Shown here one piece after another: positions 23,029 through 35,300 of a stretch of 64,000 bases of DNA (position 1 is the first letter of the stretch; every line of letters starts with the position of its first letter). Source of the DNA: Guillardia theta CCMP2712 (taxonomy: Eukaryota; Protista; Cryptophyta); the NCBI RefSeq assembly GCF_000315625.1, contig NW_005434666.1:946333-1010332 (forward strand). Direction: 5' to 3'. The notes below the pieces were generated by a model that saw nothing but the letters and a program-made list of their open reading frames with translations, did no database searches and was not told the DNA's origin. Both the position numbers and the translations under genes were made by a program.

Positions 23029-24911
23029 GGTNNNNNNNNNNNNNNNNNNNNNNNNNNNNNNNNNNNNNNNNNNNNNNNNNNNNNNNNNNNNNNNNNNNNN
23101 NNNNNNNNNNNNNNNNNNNNNNNNNNNNNNNNNNNNNNNNNNNNNNNNNNNNNNNNNNNNNNNNNNNNNNNNNNNNNNNNNNNNNNNNNNNNNNNNNNNN
23201 NNNNNNNNNNNNNNNNNNNNNNNNNNNNNNNNNNNNNNNNNNNNNNNNNNNNNNNNNNNNNNNNNNNNNNNNNNNNNNNNNNNNNNACTTACCTCCCTCC
23301 CTCTGTTATCCCCCTCTCTCTCGCTCTCTTTCTCTCTTCCCCTCTCTCCTCTCCCCCTTCTCCCTCACTGACGTTTCTCGCCTCTAGATTCTCACATGTC
23401 ACAAGAGGACAAGGACAGAGAGCTTGCACAGAGGTCGAGCAGATGACGCCATGTCTCTCCCGACTGAAGTCGACTGAATGAATGTCGTTCAGACTGCAAG
23501 CAGAGTTCGAAGCGGAGGAAAGAGAGATGAAGAAGCAGGAGGAGGAACGGTTTGTGACCCCTTCCTCTCCTTAGCCCTCTCCCACCCTCCCTCCCTCCCT
23601 CCTTGCTAACCCTCCTCTTCCTATCCGACCGTCCCTTTCAGCTGTTGCAATGCTTTTGGTTCCACTTCCATCAACTTTGCTGAACAAGCTTCGCAGGATA
23701 CAGCAGGAGCAGCAAACCCTCCTTGAGCGGCAGCTGCGTGAGCAGGCCCGGGGGTAAGGGAGACGTCGGAGGGACTAGGATCAGGACTGAGAGGAGACGT
23801 GCAGACAAGGACGGCAAGAGGAGCAGGCGAACAGCCCGAAGGAGGAAGTCAGCCGAGAAGTTCGGGAGGAGGAGAAGAGGAAGGCTCTAGAGCTACAGCA
23901 GAAGGAGGACGAGGTCCATTCAACCCTCCTCCCTCCTCTACTCATGCTGAGCTGCCCTAGGTGAGGAGGAAGGAAGAGCTGCTCAGGAAGCAGGAGGAAG
24001 AGCTGCGGAAGAGAGTGAGGGAGGTGAAGTTTCCGCTGACCCCTTGCTCCTCTTCTCCTCTCCTGCCTTTTACCCCTCTGGTCTCCTCCGCTTCCACCTC
24101 CGCCTGTTTTCCTCCTCATTCAGTATCTTGTTGTTCTGCTGGTCCCTCATGTCACATGCAGCTTGAGGAGCTTTCGCTGAAGCAGAAACAAGAGCAAGAG
24201 AACAGAAACTCGTCGGACGACATTCCCTTCGAATATCAGTGAGAAGCGAGACAGACATGAAGGGGGGGGGAAGGAGAAGCGGGAGGGAGCAGGCGAATGG
24301 GAAATGGAGGATGGGAGGATGAGGAGGTGGAGGATGATGATGGAGGCGGAGTGGACGAGGAGGACGAGGAAGACGAGGAGGAGGAGGATGGAAGGACGGG
24401 GGAAGGACGAGGAGGAGGAGGAGGAGGAGGAGGAGGAGGAGGAGGAGGTTTCTTACTTATCTCTCAGGTGTCCCATCACCATGGACGTTATGACTGATCC
24501 TGTCATAGCAATGGACGGACACACATACGAAAGACAAGCCATAGAGAGCTGGTCACCCTGCCCCCACCCCTGCCCCTGCACCCCCTGCTCCTGCTCCTGC
24601 ACTCTCTGCCCATGCTCTTGCACTTGCTCTTGCTCTTGCTCCTGCTCCTGCCCCCGCCCCTGCTCCTGCCCCTTCTCCTGCTACTGCAGTCTTTCGTCTA
24701 CTAGTTTTCTCCTTCCCGTCATCGCAGAGCTCACTCCCGAGCAGGTTGAAGAATCACAAGAAGAGTCCCAAGACCAACCTGCCGCTCCCTTCCAACATGC
24801 TCATCCCCAACCACGTGCTGCTGCTGGCAGCAGAGGCAGCGACTGACATGTCGGCAGGCCCTCAAGAGCATGATCATCGAGTGGAAGGAGAGCAGGAAGA
24901 AGAAGCGATGA
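19179..24911 (+). CDS. BRO1-domain protein with WW-like, MIU-like, coiled-coil and C-terminal U-box domains (putative E3 ligase)
   Basis: BRO1: LVKYYAHL..VKFKWKDS..ELEKNNLIYNIG..AKRHFEEAAGAF..MLSYALRCVYEKA..ILARLA. WW-like: GIPFYVCQATNQSVWELP. MIU-like: DRELAQRLQAEFEAEE. U-box: [61 protein letters not shown]. Intron phases are consistent from ~21000 to 24911, including across the N gap; one junction (20560-20990) is unresolved. Confidence 0.7.
20574..20741. repeat. (GAC/GAT)n microsatellite, intronic
   Basis: Direct reading. Confidence 0.95.
23032..23286. other. Assembly gap (255 N) preceded by GAT/GAG/poly-T repeats, inside an intron
   Basis: Run of N. Confidence 1.
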
Positions 24912-25097
24912 AGCAGGACGCATGCGCTAGAGCAGGAGAAACAGAGAGAATAGGAGGAGGAAGGATCGGGTGGGTTGGGGGAGGAGAGGAGGAGGAGAAG
25001 GGGGAGGGAAGAGAGGGAGAGGGAGAGGGAGAGGGAGAGGAGGAGCAAAAGGAGCAAGAGGAGGAGGACATCATGGGATTTCAATATTTGAATAACA

Positions 25098-28000
25098 TCA
25101 AGAACGGCTCCAAGATTTAGGAGAGGGGCAGGAGGCGCCAACAACCACCATCGACCCCCAATCTCGAGAAGTGAGAGCAGGAGGCCCAGCAGCAGGCGGC
25201 CTGTCCAACCTCCCGCGATCCGTCGAGCTAGAGGACAAGGAGCAAGGGTTCGCTGCCTGCAGGGAGCGCTGAGCATGGAAGAGTGCGTCCTCTACAGCCT
25301 CTCCTTCCTCCAGCCTCCTGTAAAACAACTCCATCAGCGTCCTCTGGCTCCCGTCCCGGAGGTCCCACAGGGAGCACACGACGGTGCTCGCTCCTGCCAT
25401 CAGGAAGGCGCGGGCAAGGCCAATGACTCCCTCCTGCTTCACCGCTCCCCTCCCAGAGCTGCACGAGCTCATGACAACCACACTGCCCTTGACCACTTCG
25501 GAGGCACAGACCTCTTCAAGGGACAGGATCACGCTGCTCCATGGCAGCCCCGTCCTCCGCTCGACGTTGGCAAGGAAGATGGCGGAGGTGTGCGGGCGGA
25601 AGAGAGCAGCTTCGCGCGAGATCAGCCCCATTCTCACGTCAGCTGCAGTGTGGCAGGCGAAGTGAAGCCAGGAAGAGTCTTCCATCCTCCTCAGCACCGC
25701 CTCCTTGCTCGCTTCCTCCCGCAGCAGCAGCTCCGGCTCCATCGCCATGCTCGCCAGGCTCCGCGCTACCGCCTCTGCCTCCCGCTCCGCTCCCTCCAGC
25801 TCCTGCGCTCCTCCCCCTATCACCCAGGGAACAGGGAGAGGATTTCCCACCACCATGGCCTGCAAGGCTCCGCCTGCCCTCTTCGCCTGCCCTCGCGATC
25901 TGATCGCCATCAGGAGGGAAAGGGAGGGAAGGAGAAGCGGGGGGGCGTCAAGGCAGGAGAGCAGACAGTACCATGGGAGGAGGTAGAGGGCGGAGTGAGG
26001 AACGATCATTACTGCCACTTGCTTTCGGAGCAGGTGCTGGATGGGTTGCAGGCAGAGCTGGAAGAGAAGGGAGATGGCGTCTTCAGAAGCTCTTCTTGCC
26101 TCCAGCTCAATGTCGCGGATCAGATTTTCCACAAACGTTTGCAGCTGCTGCGATGGGTTGGAGGAGGATGAAGGAAAGTTGTGAGAGGTAAAGAACTGTT
26201 GCAGATCCGTGCGAACGAAGTGCAGCTGACCTGATTGCACAAGTCAGACGTATCGGAGGCCAGGTGGACACCAAGAGGAGGGAGAGTATGACGATGATGA
26301 TGATGATGATGAGATGATGAGGATCATGAGGATGAGGATAAGGATTACGATGATGATGATGGTGTTGTTGTTGTCGTCGTCGTCGTCGTCGATGATGATG
26401 ATGATGATGATGAGGATGATGATGATGATGATGATGACGATGATGATGATGATGATGACGATGACGATGTTGTTGTTGTTGTTGTTGTTGTTGTTGATGA
26501 TGATGATGTTGTTGTTGATGATGATGATGATGACGAGGAGGAGGAGGAGGAGGAGGAGGAGGTGGTGGTGGTGGTGGAGGTGGTGAAGGAGGAGGAGGAG
26601 GGAAGGGAAAGAGGTGGAGGGAGAAGGGGCGGAGGGTTGGAAAGAGGAGGAGGGCGGGAAAGAGGTTCGAATGGTTCAAAGAACGTCAAACAGGTCGAGG
26701 ACAAGGACAAGAATGTTGGCAGCAAGAGGGATGAGGATGAGGATGAGATCATCAGTCAGCAACAGTTTCACCGTCGGGTTGAAGCATCCAAGTCAGGAGA
26801 TGTTGAGAAGTCACGTAGAACTCAATCATCGTTTTCTTCTCTCCCTTCACGACATCGACCAGCTCATCCCAGCTCAACTCGTTCCAGGTCGACAGAGATG
26901 TCGAAGTTTCCTGCTGCTTGAGGACGATTGTGTCTGTCAGTGTCCGAGCCTTGCTCCTCTCTGCTACAAGAAGGGCTCTCCTTTGCATATCCACATCCTC
27001 CCTCGCCAGACTAGCAAGGAGGTCAACCAGCTGGTTGTACGTCGCCTGCTGCTGCTCGAAGAAGGAAACCCTGAGAGAGTCTCCGACCTTGTGGATTGAC
27101 TTCTGAGCCTTCTCGGACAAGGTCAAAGATTCTTCAAGACATTTCATCGCTCCCTCCAGATTCCCAGCCTGCCTGTACAACCTGCCGAGCACGTCGAGCG
27201 AGACCGACAACTTTTCATCCGCCGACATGTCCCGGTACACGCTCACACACTCCTCTGCCTGCTCGATCTTTTCATCCAGCCCCTCCTCCTTCAAAGATAG
27301 AGAATGCAGGTCAACATCGGCTATCAACATCTTATCATCGATGCTCCTTGATATCTCCACAGCGCACCTGCCGTAGAGGTCCGCTTTCTCCGCGTAAATC
27401 TCACACGTCTGATCTGAGAGCGGCATGTTGCTGCGGATGAGTCTACGATAGACTCTCTCCAAACAAGAGCAGCTCGCTGCCATCGACTGCCGATCTTCAC
27501 AACGACAAGACAGTTCAAAGTACTTCTCATAGTAGTGCCTCGCCATCATAAGGTCATTCTCCACCTCACAGATATCTCCGAGCCCACCGTAGAGCTTCGC
27601 TTCATTCGCAATCCTTCCCAACAGCCGGCAAAGTTTCAACCCCTTGGCAAGAAAGTACTTGGCACTGATGTTGTCGTTCAATTGCAGGTACATCTCTCCC
27701 AAGTTGCTCAACGCCATCATGTGAAGCTCAAACATCTGAGGATCCCCGTGGTCAAGGAGGGAAGTCTTCTCCACCGTCTCCTTGCAGCGCTCAAGTGCAC
27801 TTCCTAGATTTCCTCTGTCTGCAAGGATAGCCTTCAGGTACATCATGATCTTGATAGCGTTTACGCCATCGACGTTCGGATCTTCAAGTGCGGCCTCCAG
27901 CTCCCGTTCTGCAGCCTCGTACTTGTTGTCCTCGAACAGACACATCCCTCGAACATAACCATCCTGATCGACTTCTTCGGGCAGGCACTGTATCCTCTCA

Positions 28001-28688
28001 TATCGGTCCTCTCTGTTCACCACCACTACCAAAGACTGCAGTTGAACCGCTCTCTTGCTTGGCTTGTGCACTACCGTCGCACCTGCGTCCTTCCACCAAC
28101 AGCACGAGCTGCTCGATCTTGTCACCTCGACATCGCGTCGCAAGTTTTCGCCCCCGAGGATAAGACGCACTCGTAGATGCGCCCGACGCAGTTTCGAAAG
28201 GCCATGTTGGCAGGCCGAGGATTGTTGACCAGTACCTTCTCGCAACCCATATACCATGGATTGTTCGTGTCATGACGGCTGCGACCTGAAGGTAGATCCC
28301 CATGCTCTGCAGTTGTTCCTCCTCTATCGTCCCGCTGGGCGACAGAACCGGCTCCGTGTCCTTGTTGAGCATCGTCGGGTGAGCGAGCGTTGCGATGCAG
28401 CGACTGTTCTTGTCCTGGCGCTATGTTCTCGTCAACAGCAACAAGCATGAACTTGTCAAAGCCGCCTGTAAGATAGCATCCTTCCTCTCCAGTCACATCC
28501 CAGCGCACAGTAACGAATCCTTTCCCTACCAACGACACGACTGTCCCGCGTTCCTGAGGCAGTGAAGAACGAAAGCCATGTCCCTGCAGAATCGCTTTGC
28601 CCTCGTCAGAGAGCTTCACCTGCATGCCGAGGAAGGGCGATGGTCCTCGGACGCCCTCATGGTCTACACGCTCTTCCAATCTCAGCAT
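25098..28688 (-). CDS. TPR + CHAT (caspase-HetF-associated) protease, TTC28-like, with N-terminal Mib/Herc2(SH3-like) segment
   Basis: TPR helices (ALSNLGEMYLQL, LYGGLGDIC, SLDVLGRLYRQAGNLEGA), ALLVAERSKARTL, IVPHSALYLLPW, VVGNP, LEGAEREAEAVA, LHFACH (His), VVMSSCSSGRG (Cys), GVIGLARAFLMAGASTVVCSLW. N-terminal RGTVVSLVGKGFVTVRWDVTG..YLTGGFDKFML. Start approximate. Confidence 0.88.
26290..26600. repeat. Compound GAT/GTT/GAG microsatellite in the intron between TPR and CHAT exons
   Basis: Direct reading. Confidence 0.95.
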
Positions 28689-28924
28689 GCTGACGATCCA
28701 GACACAGCGGCAGCCTCCTGCATCGTCGTCCTCCCCAAGGAGGCTGTGTACTGCGCCATGTAGGGCTCCATATTGTAGGTTTGTATCAAGACCCCATTTA
28801 ATTGTATATTCATAATTTTACTTATTGATATTGGTACACAAATGAATGCTTCGTTGTAAGGTAAATTTTAGTCACATCAGAAAATGGATTTGGACATAAG
28901 CCCTGAGGAAAGCTCTCTGGTACC

Positions 28925-29008
28925 GGTGGCGTGGCCGAGCGGTCTAAGGCGGGAGACTCAAGTTCTCTTCTTCGTATGAAGGCGTGGGTTCGAACCCCAC
29001 CGCCACCA
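28925..29008 (+). tRNA. trnL-CAA: tRNA-Leu(CAA), intronless, long variable arm
   Basis: GGTGGCG acceptor pairs with CGCCACC; D-arm TGGCCGAGCGGTCTAAGGC; anticodon loop CT-CAA-GT; T-loop GGTTCGAACCC; TTTT follows at ~29013. Confidence 0.97.
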
Positions 29009-29258
29009 TCTCTTTTGCACGAGCCGATGAAAGAATGATCGTTGTGTTCACGACAAGTGTTATGTGTTATGATTCAACAATTCAAGTGTTTTTCTTGTTG
29101 CAACCTCAGTACCATAGGATGCTGTGAACATGACCGATTTGATAACATCCATATGTCTTGGAACGATCCTCGACGTTCGATTGATCGAAGTTTCAATGTT
29201 TTATCGTAGATCGAAAATTTACACAAGCAGATCTAAGTTACACATCGAGAGTATCTCT

Positions 29259-30419
29259 CTAGATGGAGACAAGCTCGGATAAACGAATAATCTCCTCAAT
29301 GTCAGACTCGGAATATTCAATCGCCTCATTCACTTCCTCCTGGCGACTCAACCCGGTTCTGATTTCCTTGAGTGTCGCAACGCTGACAATTTCATGGCAA
29401 GCACCAGACTCAACGTATGAGGAGACGACTTCCATGTTCGACTTGTTGAGAACCATCAGGCGGCAGATTAGCTCAGCAAACACGTTCTTCTGACCCGAGC
29501 TGTGCCGGCGAGCTTTCCTCGACAGATCGCACAAGAGCTTGAACGACTCGTTGCACAAGCACACGTCACCACAGCTTGAATCCAGCGCGGACTGCAGGAT
29601 GTTGGCCGCCAGCTGCTGCACCATCAAGACGCCGCCATTGGAAGCCGCTCTGAGTGCAGTGTGCCACACGTCTGACGCTGACAGCATCTTGACCCCGTCC
29701 TCGATCTTGGTGAAGGGAAGCAGAGCTCGAAGCGCGTCCACTTGGATCTCAGTCTGCTCCAGCTGAATCAGCCTCTTGATGCATTCCAAAGAAGCCTGCT
29801 GACACAGCAGCTCTCGATGCTGGCTGCCAGCTCGGTAAATGAAGATCGCGAGGGTGCGCGCTGCTTGTCTCCAGTGCCCGGATTCGAAATTGGCCGCGTT
29901 GTTCCTCAACGTTTCTACCAAGCATCTGTTATTGACCAGCTTGGGGATAAGGTCCTTGTTGGTTGCTAAACGGCATATTGCCATGCATATGAAGCGTTGG
30001 ATGCACTCGTCTTGAGCTGAAATCAAGCATTGCACGAGTCGATCCAGCAATGGCTCTGTCGACATCTGCTGCTGTAGATCAGGGCGCAGTGCCAGGTTTG
30101 AAAGCTTGCTCGCAGCAGAAACTTGATCTTCAAAGCTTGAGGTAGAAGCCTCTTCAAGAATATCCAAGGATGCGCTGATCATACATAAATGCGTGGGTTG
30201 CGACGCATTCTTCTCTATGAGGCATGCCAGAGACTGTCCAGATGTTTGGGCGAACTGAAGTTTCTGATTTTGAGAAAAAATAGATGACGCTGGGAGTGGA
30301 GACGATGAGAGGACAGAGCTGAGAGAGATGGTGCTGGACGCCGCCGAAGTTTCTTCGTTGCTGGCGAAGCCAAACAGCAGTTTAGGGCGGGTGGCCCCGC
30401 TCCGATCTGAGATTGCCAT
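29259..30419 (-). CDS. ARM-repeat protein (intronless)
   Basis: 386-aa ATG ORF with ARM-like repeats (QVSAASKLSNLA, IQRFICMAICRLAT, IQVDALRAL, VQQLAANIL). Confidence 0.75.
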   Translation of the reverse strand: MAISDRSGATRPKLLFGFASNEETSAASSTISLSSVLSSSPLPASSIFSQNQKLQFAQTSGQSLACLIEKNASQPTHLCMISASLDILEEASTSSFEDQVSAASKLSNLALRPDLQQQMSTEPLLDRLVQCLISAQDECIQRFICMAICRLATNKDLIPKLVNNRCLVETLRNNAANFESGHWRQAARTLAIFIYRAGSQHRELLCQQASLECIKRLIQLEQTEIQVDALRALLPFTKIEDGVKMLSASDVWHTALRAASNGGVLMVQQLAANILQSALDSSCGDVCLCNESFKLLCDLSRKARRHSSGQKNVFAELICRLMVLNKSNMEVVSSYVESGACHEIVSVATLKEIRTGLSRQEEVNEAIEYSESDIEEIIRLSELVSI

Positions 30420-31599
30420 TGCACGTTAAATTGATGACAGCTTCTCTCAATCAGATGGGAAACAGGGGGAGAGAGATCAAGGCAAAGGTGGTAGCAGGAA
30501 CAGGTCAGGAGGACAAGTACTGGTGTGAAGTGTGCTCGAGGAACAGTAAAGAAGGCAACGAGGGCGGGGAGGGGATATAGAGCCAAAGTTGGAGGACCGG
30601 AGCACAATACATGACTCCATTCGTGATTAAAATTGAAATGACGTACTTTCGATATTTGTAGACAGGCAAATGGAGGTCACGGATCCCTGCTGTGGGACTT
30701 ATTAGTAAATTCATTCAGATCCCTCAGTAGTTTGAAATATTGAGGTGATTTTTCAAAAGCTGCCTTCATATTGTGGCATCGTGACAGATGAAACCTCTTC
30801 CTTACTGTTTGAATAGCCGAGTTATCGTGATCTAAAGCATGACTGCTGTAACTCAACGCTGTGTAGTAATATGATTCAAATGTAATGGGGGAATAATCAA
30901 AACTAAATACTGGAATTTGAAATGTTCAGTAATATATTCGGATATTGGAAATGTCTAAAGGTTCGTCGTGTTTTGGGGAAAGTTATAAGCTTAATAAAAT
31001 CTCTGGCCGGGTTACTGCAGTAAAGTCCAAGAAGCCATAACGGCTATAACGTCTATATCTCAACTGTAACGGATCCTGATTTTGACCTCAAGGTGGCTCT
31101 GTTGAATGGTGCGCGTGCTGAATGTCAAGGTAAGTTGAGGAGTAAGGGAAGGGGGAGGAGAAGCAGAGGGGGAGAGAAGCTGAAGAGGAGGAGCGGAGGA
31201 GGAGGAGAGGAGGAGGAGAGGAGGAGGAGAGGAAGAGGAGAGGAGGAGGAGAGGAGGAGGAGAGGAGGAGGAGAGGAGGAGCGGAAGAGGAGAGGAGGAG
31301 AGTTGGTTGAGGATAGGTAACTTACAGGAAGATACAGTGCGGTAAACCGAGCAAGAGCAATAACATTATAACATTTGGTAGCGTCACTGAATGGCGACGA
31401 GGGTTTCAACTTTTACTGTAGAATTGCCATGACCCAACATATCAACTTTAAGCTGCCCCTCTGACTATCAGCTTCAAAGGTACCTGCGATTGTGTCTAGC
31501 AAGCCAAGTGCAGGCAGGAATCAGAGTGAGGTAAGGGAGACGATCAAAGTCTTCCTGTGTCTCTATCGTTTGATTGAGTGATGTTGATGAGCTCAGTTG

Positions 31600-32243
31600 A
31601 AAGGAGCTGTAAAGCGTCTGAGCAGGAATGACAAGATGTTCACGGACCTGACTTTAGCATGGGCACTGATAGCGGACGACGGCTGTAGACAGGTACAGGC
31701 TGCATGTCTTTTCTCAATCCGTCAGCTTTAGCTGGTGACTCGAGACATGCCGCAGTTGTCTACAAGCCTCATCTTCAACACAGTGCTCACTCGGCTGGAC
31801 CTTCACTACAACGACATAACTCAGATTGGCGCGACGTCGTTGGCTCAGATGCTGAAAAGGAATTTCACTCTTGTCACTCTTGACTTGAGCTACAACAGTG
31901 AGGGCTGCATGCTTCTGTTGCTTGAGATGATGATGATTGATGCTCAGGTGTGGGGGACGCTGGAGCAGAAGCCATCCTGAGGGGTCTGAAAGAAAACACA
32001 TCGTTGACCAGTTTACAATTGACAAACAACGGGGTTTCTCACTCAGTCCGTCAAGCCATTGACGAGTGTCTTGAAGAAAGAAGTTCGAGGAATACTACGA
32101 CCGACATGAAACAGAAGGAGGTGAAGGCGGTAAAGATCGTCGCTAAAAACGACAGGTTTCAGGAAGCTTTTCTTGCTGCTCCGGTCGCGCGTCGCAAGGC
32201 TCCTCTTGCAAAGAACAAGTACAGCTTCGACCTTTGTGCTTGA
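31600..32243 (+). CDS. RNI-like leucine-rich-repeat protein (5' exons unresolved)
   Basis: NTVLTRLDLHYNDITQIGATSLAQML, NFTLVTLDLSYN, GDAGAEAILRGLKENTSLTSLQLTNNGV; TGA 32241-32243. Confidence 0.8.
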
Positions 32244-32350
32244 ATGTACAAACAACTTTGATCCAATCAGAATCATGTATATTATTTGTATTACGCAGCA
32301 AATGAAAACAAGATGTGAAACGCAAGAAAGTCTCAACTATAAGAAACTCC

Positions 32351-35300
32351 TTACGAGTCGCCACTGCCTCCTTGCCCTGCTCCTCCTTCCCCTCCTCCCG
32401 CCGCCGCCGCCGCCGCCGCTGCAAGCTCCTCCTCGATCGAGATCAGCTGCGTTACCCCGTCGATCATCTTCTGCACGAGCTCCACCTCCGAGTACCCGAT
32501 CCTCTGCTTGTTCGAGATGTCCCACTTGGCTCCCACTGCCGCGCTGTGCTCCCCAGACGACCCGCGAGGCTGCAGGTCGTACTTGCGGCAGATCTCCTCA
32601 AGCCTCTTCGGGTCCTTGTTCAGCTCTGGTAGCACGATCATCACGCTCGCTCGCAGCCCCGTCCCGAGGTTCGACGGGCACGTCCCAAGGAAGCCCAGAC
32701 GCTCGTCGTACATCAGTGCCTGCCCCTTTCCCTCCGCCGCCGTCTTGATCGCCTCCGACAGCTGGCAGAACCGCGAGAACACCCCTTTCACGTCCCCTCC
32801 TTCCTCCATCGCGATGATCCTGCACTGGTCCTCCTCGTTGCACCAGCATAGTACCGTCTTCGCGTCGTTGTGGAAGATGCCTCGTCCTTCCGGCCAGTCC
32901 CGCCCTGCCCCTGCTGCTCCTAGTAGCTGCATCGGCCCTGGCTTCTGGAACAAGAAGCCTCCTGCCTGCAGGTCCTGCTCCTGCTCTGCCGACAGCGACC
33001 CAAGCGGGTAGTACGTGCCTTGCAGCGCCTCTGGCAGCGCCCCGAACGCCTCCTTCAGTACATCCTCGACCGCCAGACGGTCCTCTTTGCTGGACCCCGC
33101 CGGCAGTGAGTACCCGGAGATGTTCCGCGCTGCTCGCACTCGCGTCGACTTGACGTACTGGCTAAACTTCCCCTGCTGCTCCTCCGTGAACACAAGCTTC
33201 GTCGCATCCAGATCCGATCGGTGCTCCTGCATCTCCGGGTCGAAGCCATGCCAGCCCTTCACGATCGGGTAGATGATCTCCTTGAAAGCCTCGAAGCACT
33301 CCTGGTCTCCGCACGTGAAGCCTACTCCAAGGTGAGGCCGCAGCACCCCCGCCTGCATGCCGTTGGACAGCGAGTAGCCCTTGGAGGTCTTGACGCCCTT
33401 GAGCTTCTCGAACAGCTCGCTCGTCATGTGCTTCCGCATCAGCACCTGATGCTTCTCCGTGAACGGCGGCAGCTCAGTGAACGTGATGTACTTGAAGTCC
33501 TCCGTGTCCTTGGCGTCCGGCGACGAGGCGGCAAGCTGATCGGCGAGCCATCGGTCGAAGGCGGCATCGATCTCCGGCAGCTTGAAGCCGTCCTTGGACG
33601 ACCCATGGCTCTCGCCTGCTGTCGGTTCCGATCCTCCCCCTCCTCCTGCCTCTCCCTCGCCCTGAGCTTCTGAAAAGGATCCCTGCTGCACCGGCATCCA
33701 CGTCACTACAGACGGCTTAGACATAAAGTCTCCTTGCACTTCGCCCGCATGCCCCTGGTCTGCCCCTCCCGACCCTACGGGCCCCTCGCCCGATGCGGCC
33801 TCAGAGGCTTGCTCTCCTGCTCCCGACCCTCCTCCCGCCGCCGCCGCCGCCGCCGCCGCTGCAAGCTCCTCCTCGATCGAGATCAGCTGCGTTACCCCGT
33901 CGATCATCTTCTGCACGAGCTCCACCTCCGAGTACCCGATCCTCTGCTTGTTCGAGATGTCCCACTTGGCTCCCACTGCCGCGCTGTGCTCCCCAGACGA
34001 CCCGCGAGGCTGCAGGTCGTACTTGCGGCAGATCTCCTCAAGCCTCTTCGGGTCCTTGTTCAGCTCTGGTAGCACGATCATCACGCTCGCTCGCAGCCCC
34101 GTCCCGAGGTTCGACGGGCACGTCCCAAGGAAGCCCAGACGCTCGTCGTACATCAGTGCCTGCCCCTTCCCCTCCGCCGCCGTCTTGATCGCCTCCGACA
34201 GCTGGCAGAACCGCGAGAACACCCCCTTCACGTCCCCTCCTTCCTCCATCGCGATGATCCTGCACTGGTCCTCCTCGTTGCACCAGCATAGTACCGTCTT
34301 CGCGTCGTTGTGGAAGATGCCTCGTCCTTCCGGCCAGTCCCGCCCTGCCCCTGCTGCTCCTAGTAGCTGCATCGGCCCTGGCTTCTGGAACAAGAAGCCT
34401 CCTGCCTGCAGGTCCTGCTCCTGCTCTGCCGACAGCGACCCAAGCGGGTAGTACGTGCCTTGCAGCGCCTCTGGCAGCGCCCCGAACGCCTCCTTCAGTA
34501 CATCCTCGACCGCCAGACGGTCCTCTTTGCTGGACCCCGCCGGCAGTGAGTACCCGGAGATGTTCCGCGCTGCTCGCACTCGCGTCGACTTGACGTACTG
34601 GCTAAACTTCCCCTGCTGCTCCTCCGTGAACACAAGCTTCGTCGCATCCAGATCCGATCGGTGCTCCTGCATCTCCGGGTCGAAGCCATGCCAGCCCTTC
34701 ACGATCGGGTAGATGATCTCCTTGAAAGCCTCGAAGCACTCCTGGTCTCCGCACGTGAAGCCTACCCCAAGGTGAGGCCGCAGCACCCCCGCCTGCATGC
34801 CGTTGGACAGCGAGTAGCCCTTGGAGGTCTTGACGCCCTTGAGCTTCTCGAACAGCTCGCTCGTCATGTGCTTCCGCATCAGCGACTGATGCTTCTCCGT
34901 GAACGGCGGCAGCTCAGTGAACGTGATGTACTTGAAGTCCTCCGTGTCCTTGGCGTCCGGCGACGAGGCGGCCAGCTGATCGGCGAGCCATCGGTCGAAG
35001 GCGGCATCGATCTCCGGCAGCTTGAATGAGCTTGTTGACTGCTTGTTGTTGGAACTTTGCCTACCATTGTTTCCTTTCTCTTCTGACGGTACAATCTGTA
35101 CAAGATTGTAAGTATGCCGTTGAAGTTGAACAAGAATTATGGTTTTATATTACCTTGTGCTGACGTTCAAGACTCTCCTTGAGTTCTGCATTCTCTTTTT
35201 CAAGGATCTTGATTCTCTCTAGCAAATTTCCCTTTTGGGAGAAAGTGAGTCACATCCTTCTATCCTCACGATCCTCACCTTCTCAGTTTCGTTGTGCGGT

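Noticed and set aside
25098-29008. TPR-CHAT next to a tRNA as an integrated bacterial defence island
   Set aside because: The gene has spliceosomal introns with host-type microsatellites; no integrase, att duplication or partner gene is visible.
31038-31095. Resemblance to the LSU rRNA / I-CeuI site (TAAC..TATAACG..CCT.AAGGT)
   Set aside because: Only short scattered matches; no flanking rRNA similarity.
32173-35029. Duplicated plus-strand ORFs (167, 85 aa etc.)
   Set aside because: Antisense shadows of the GC-rich duplicated kinase domains.
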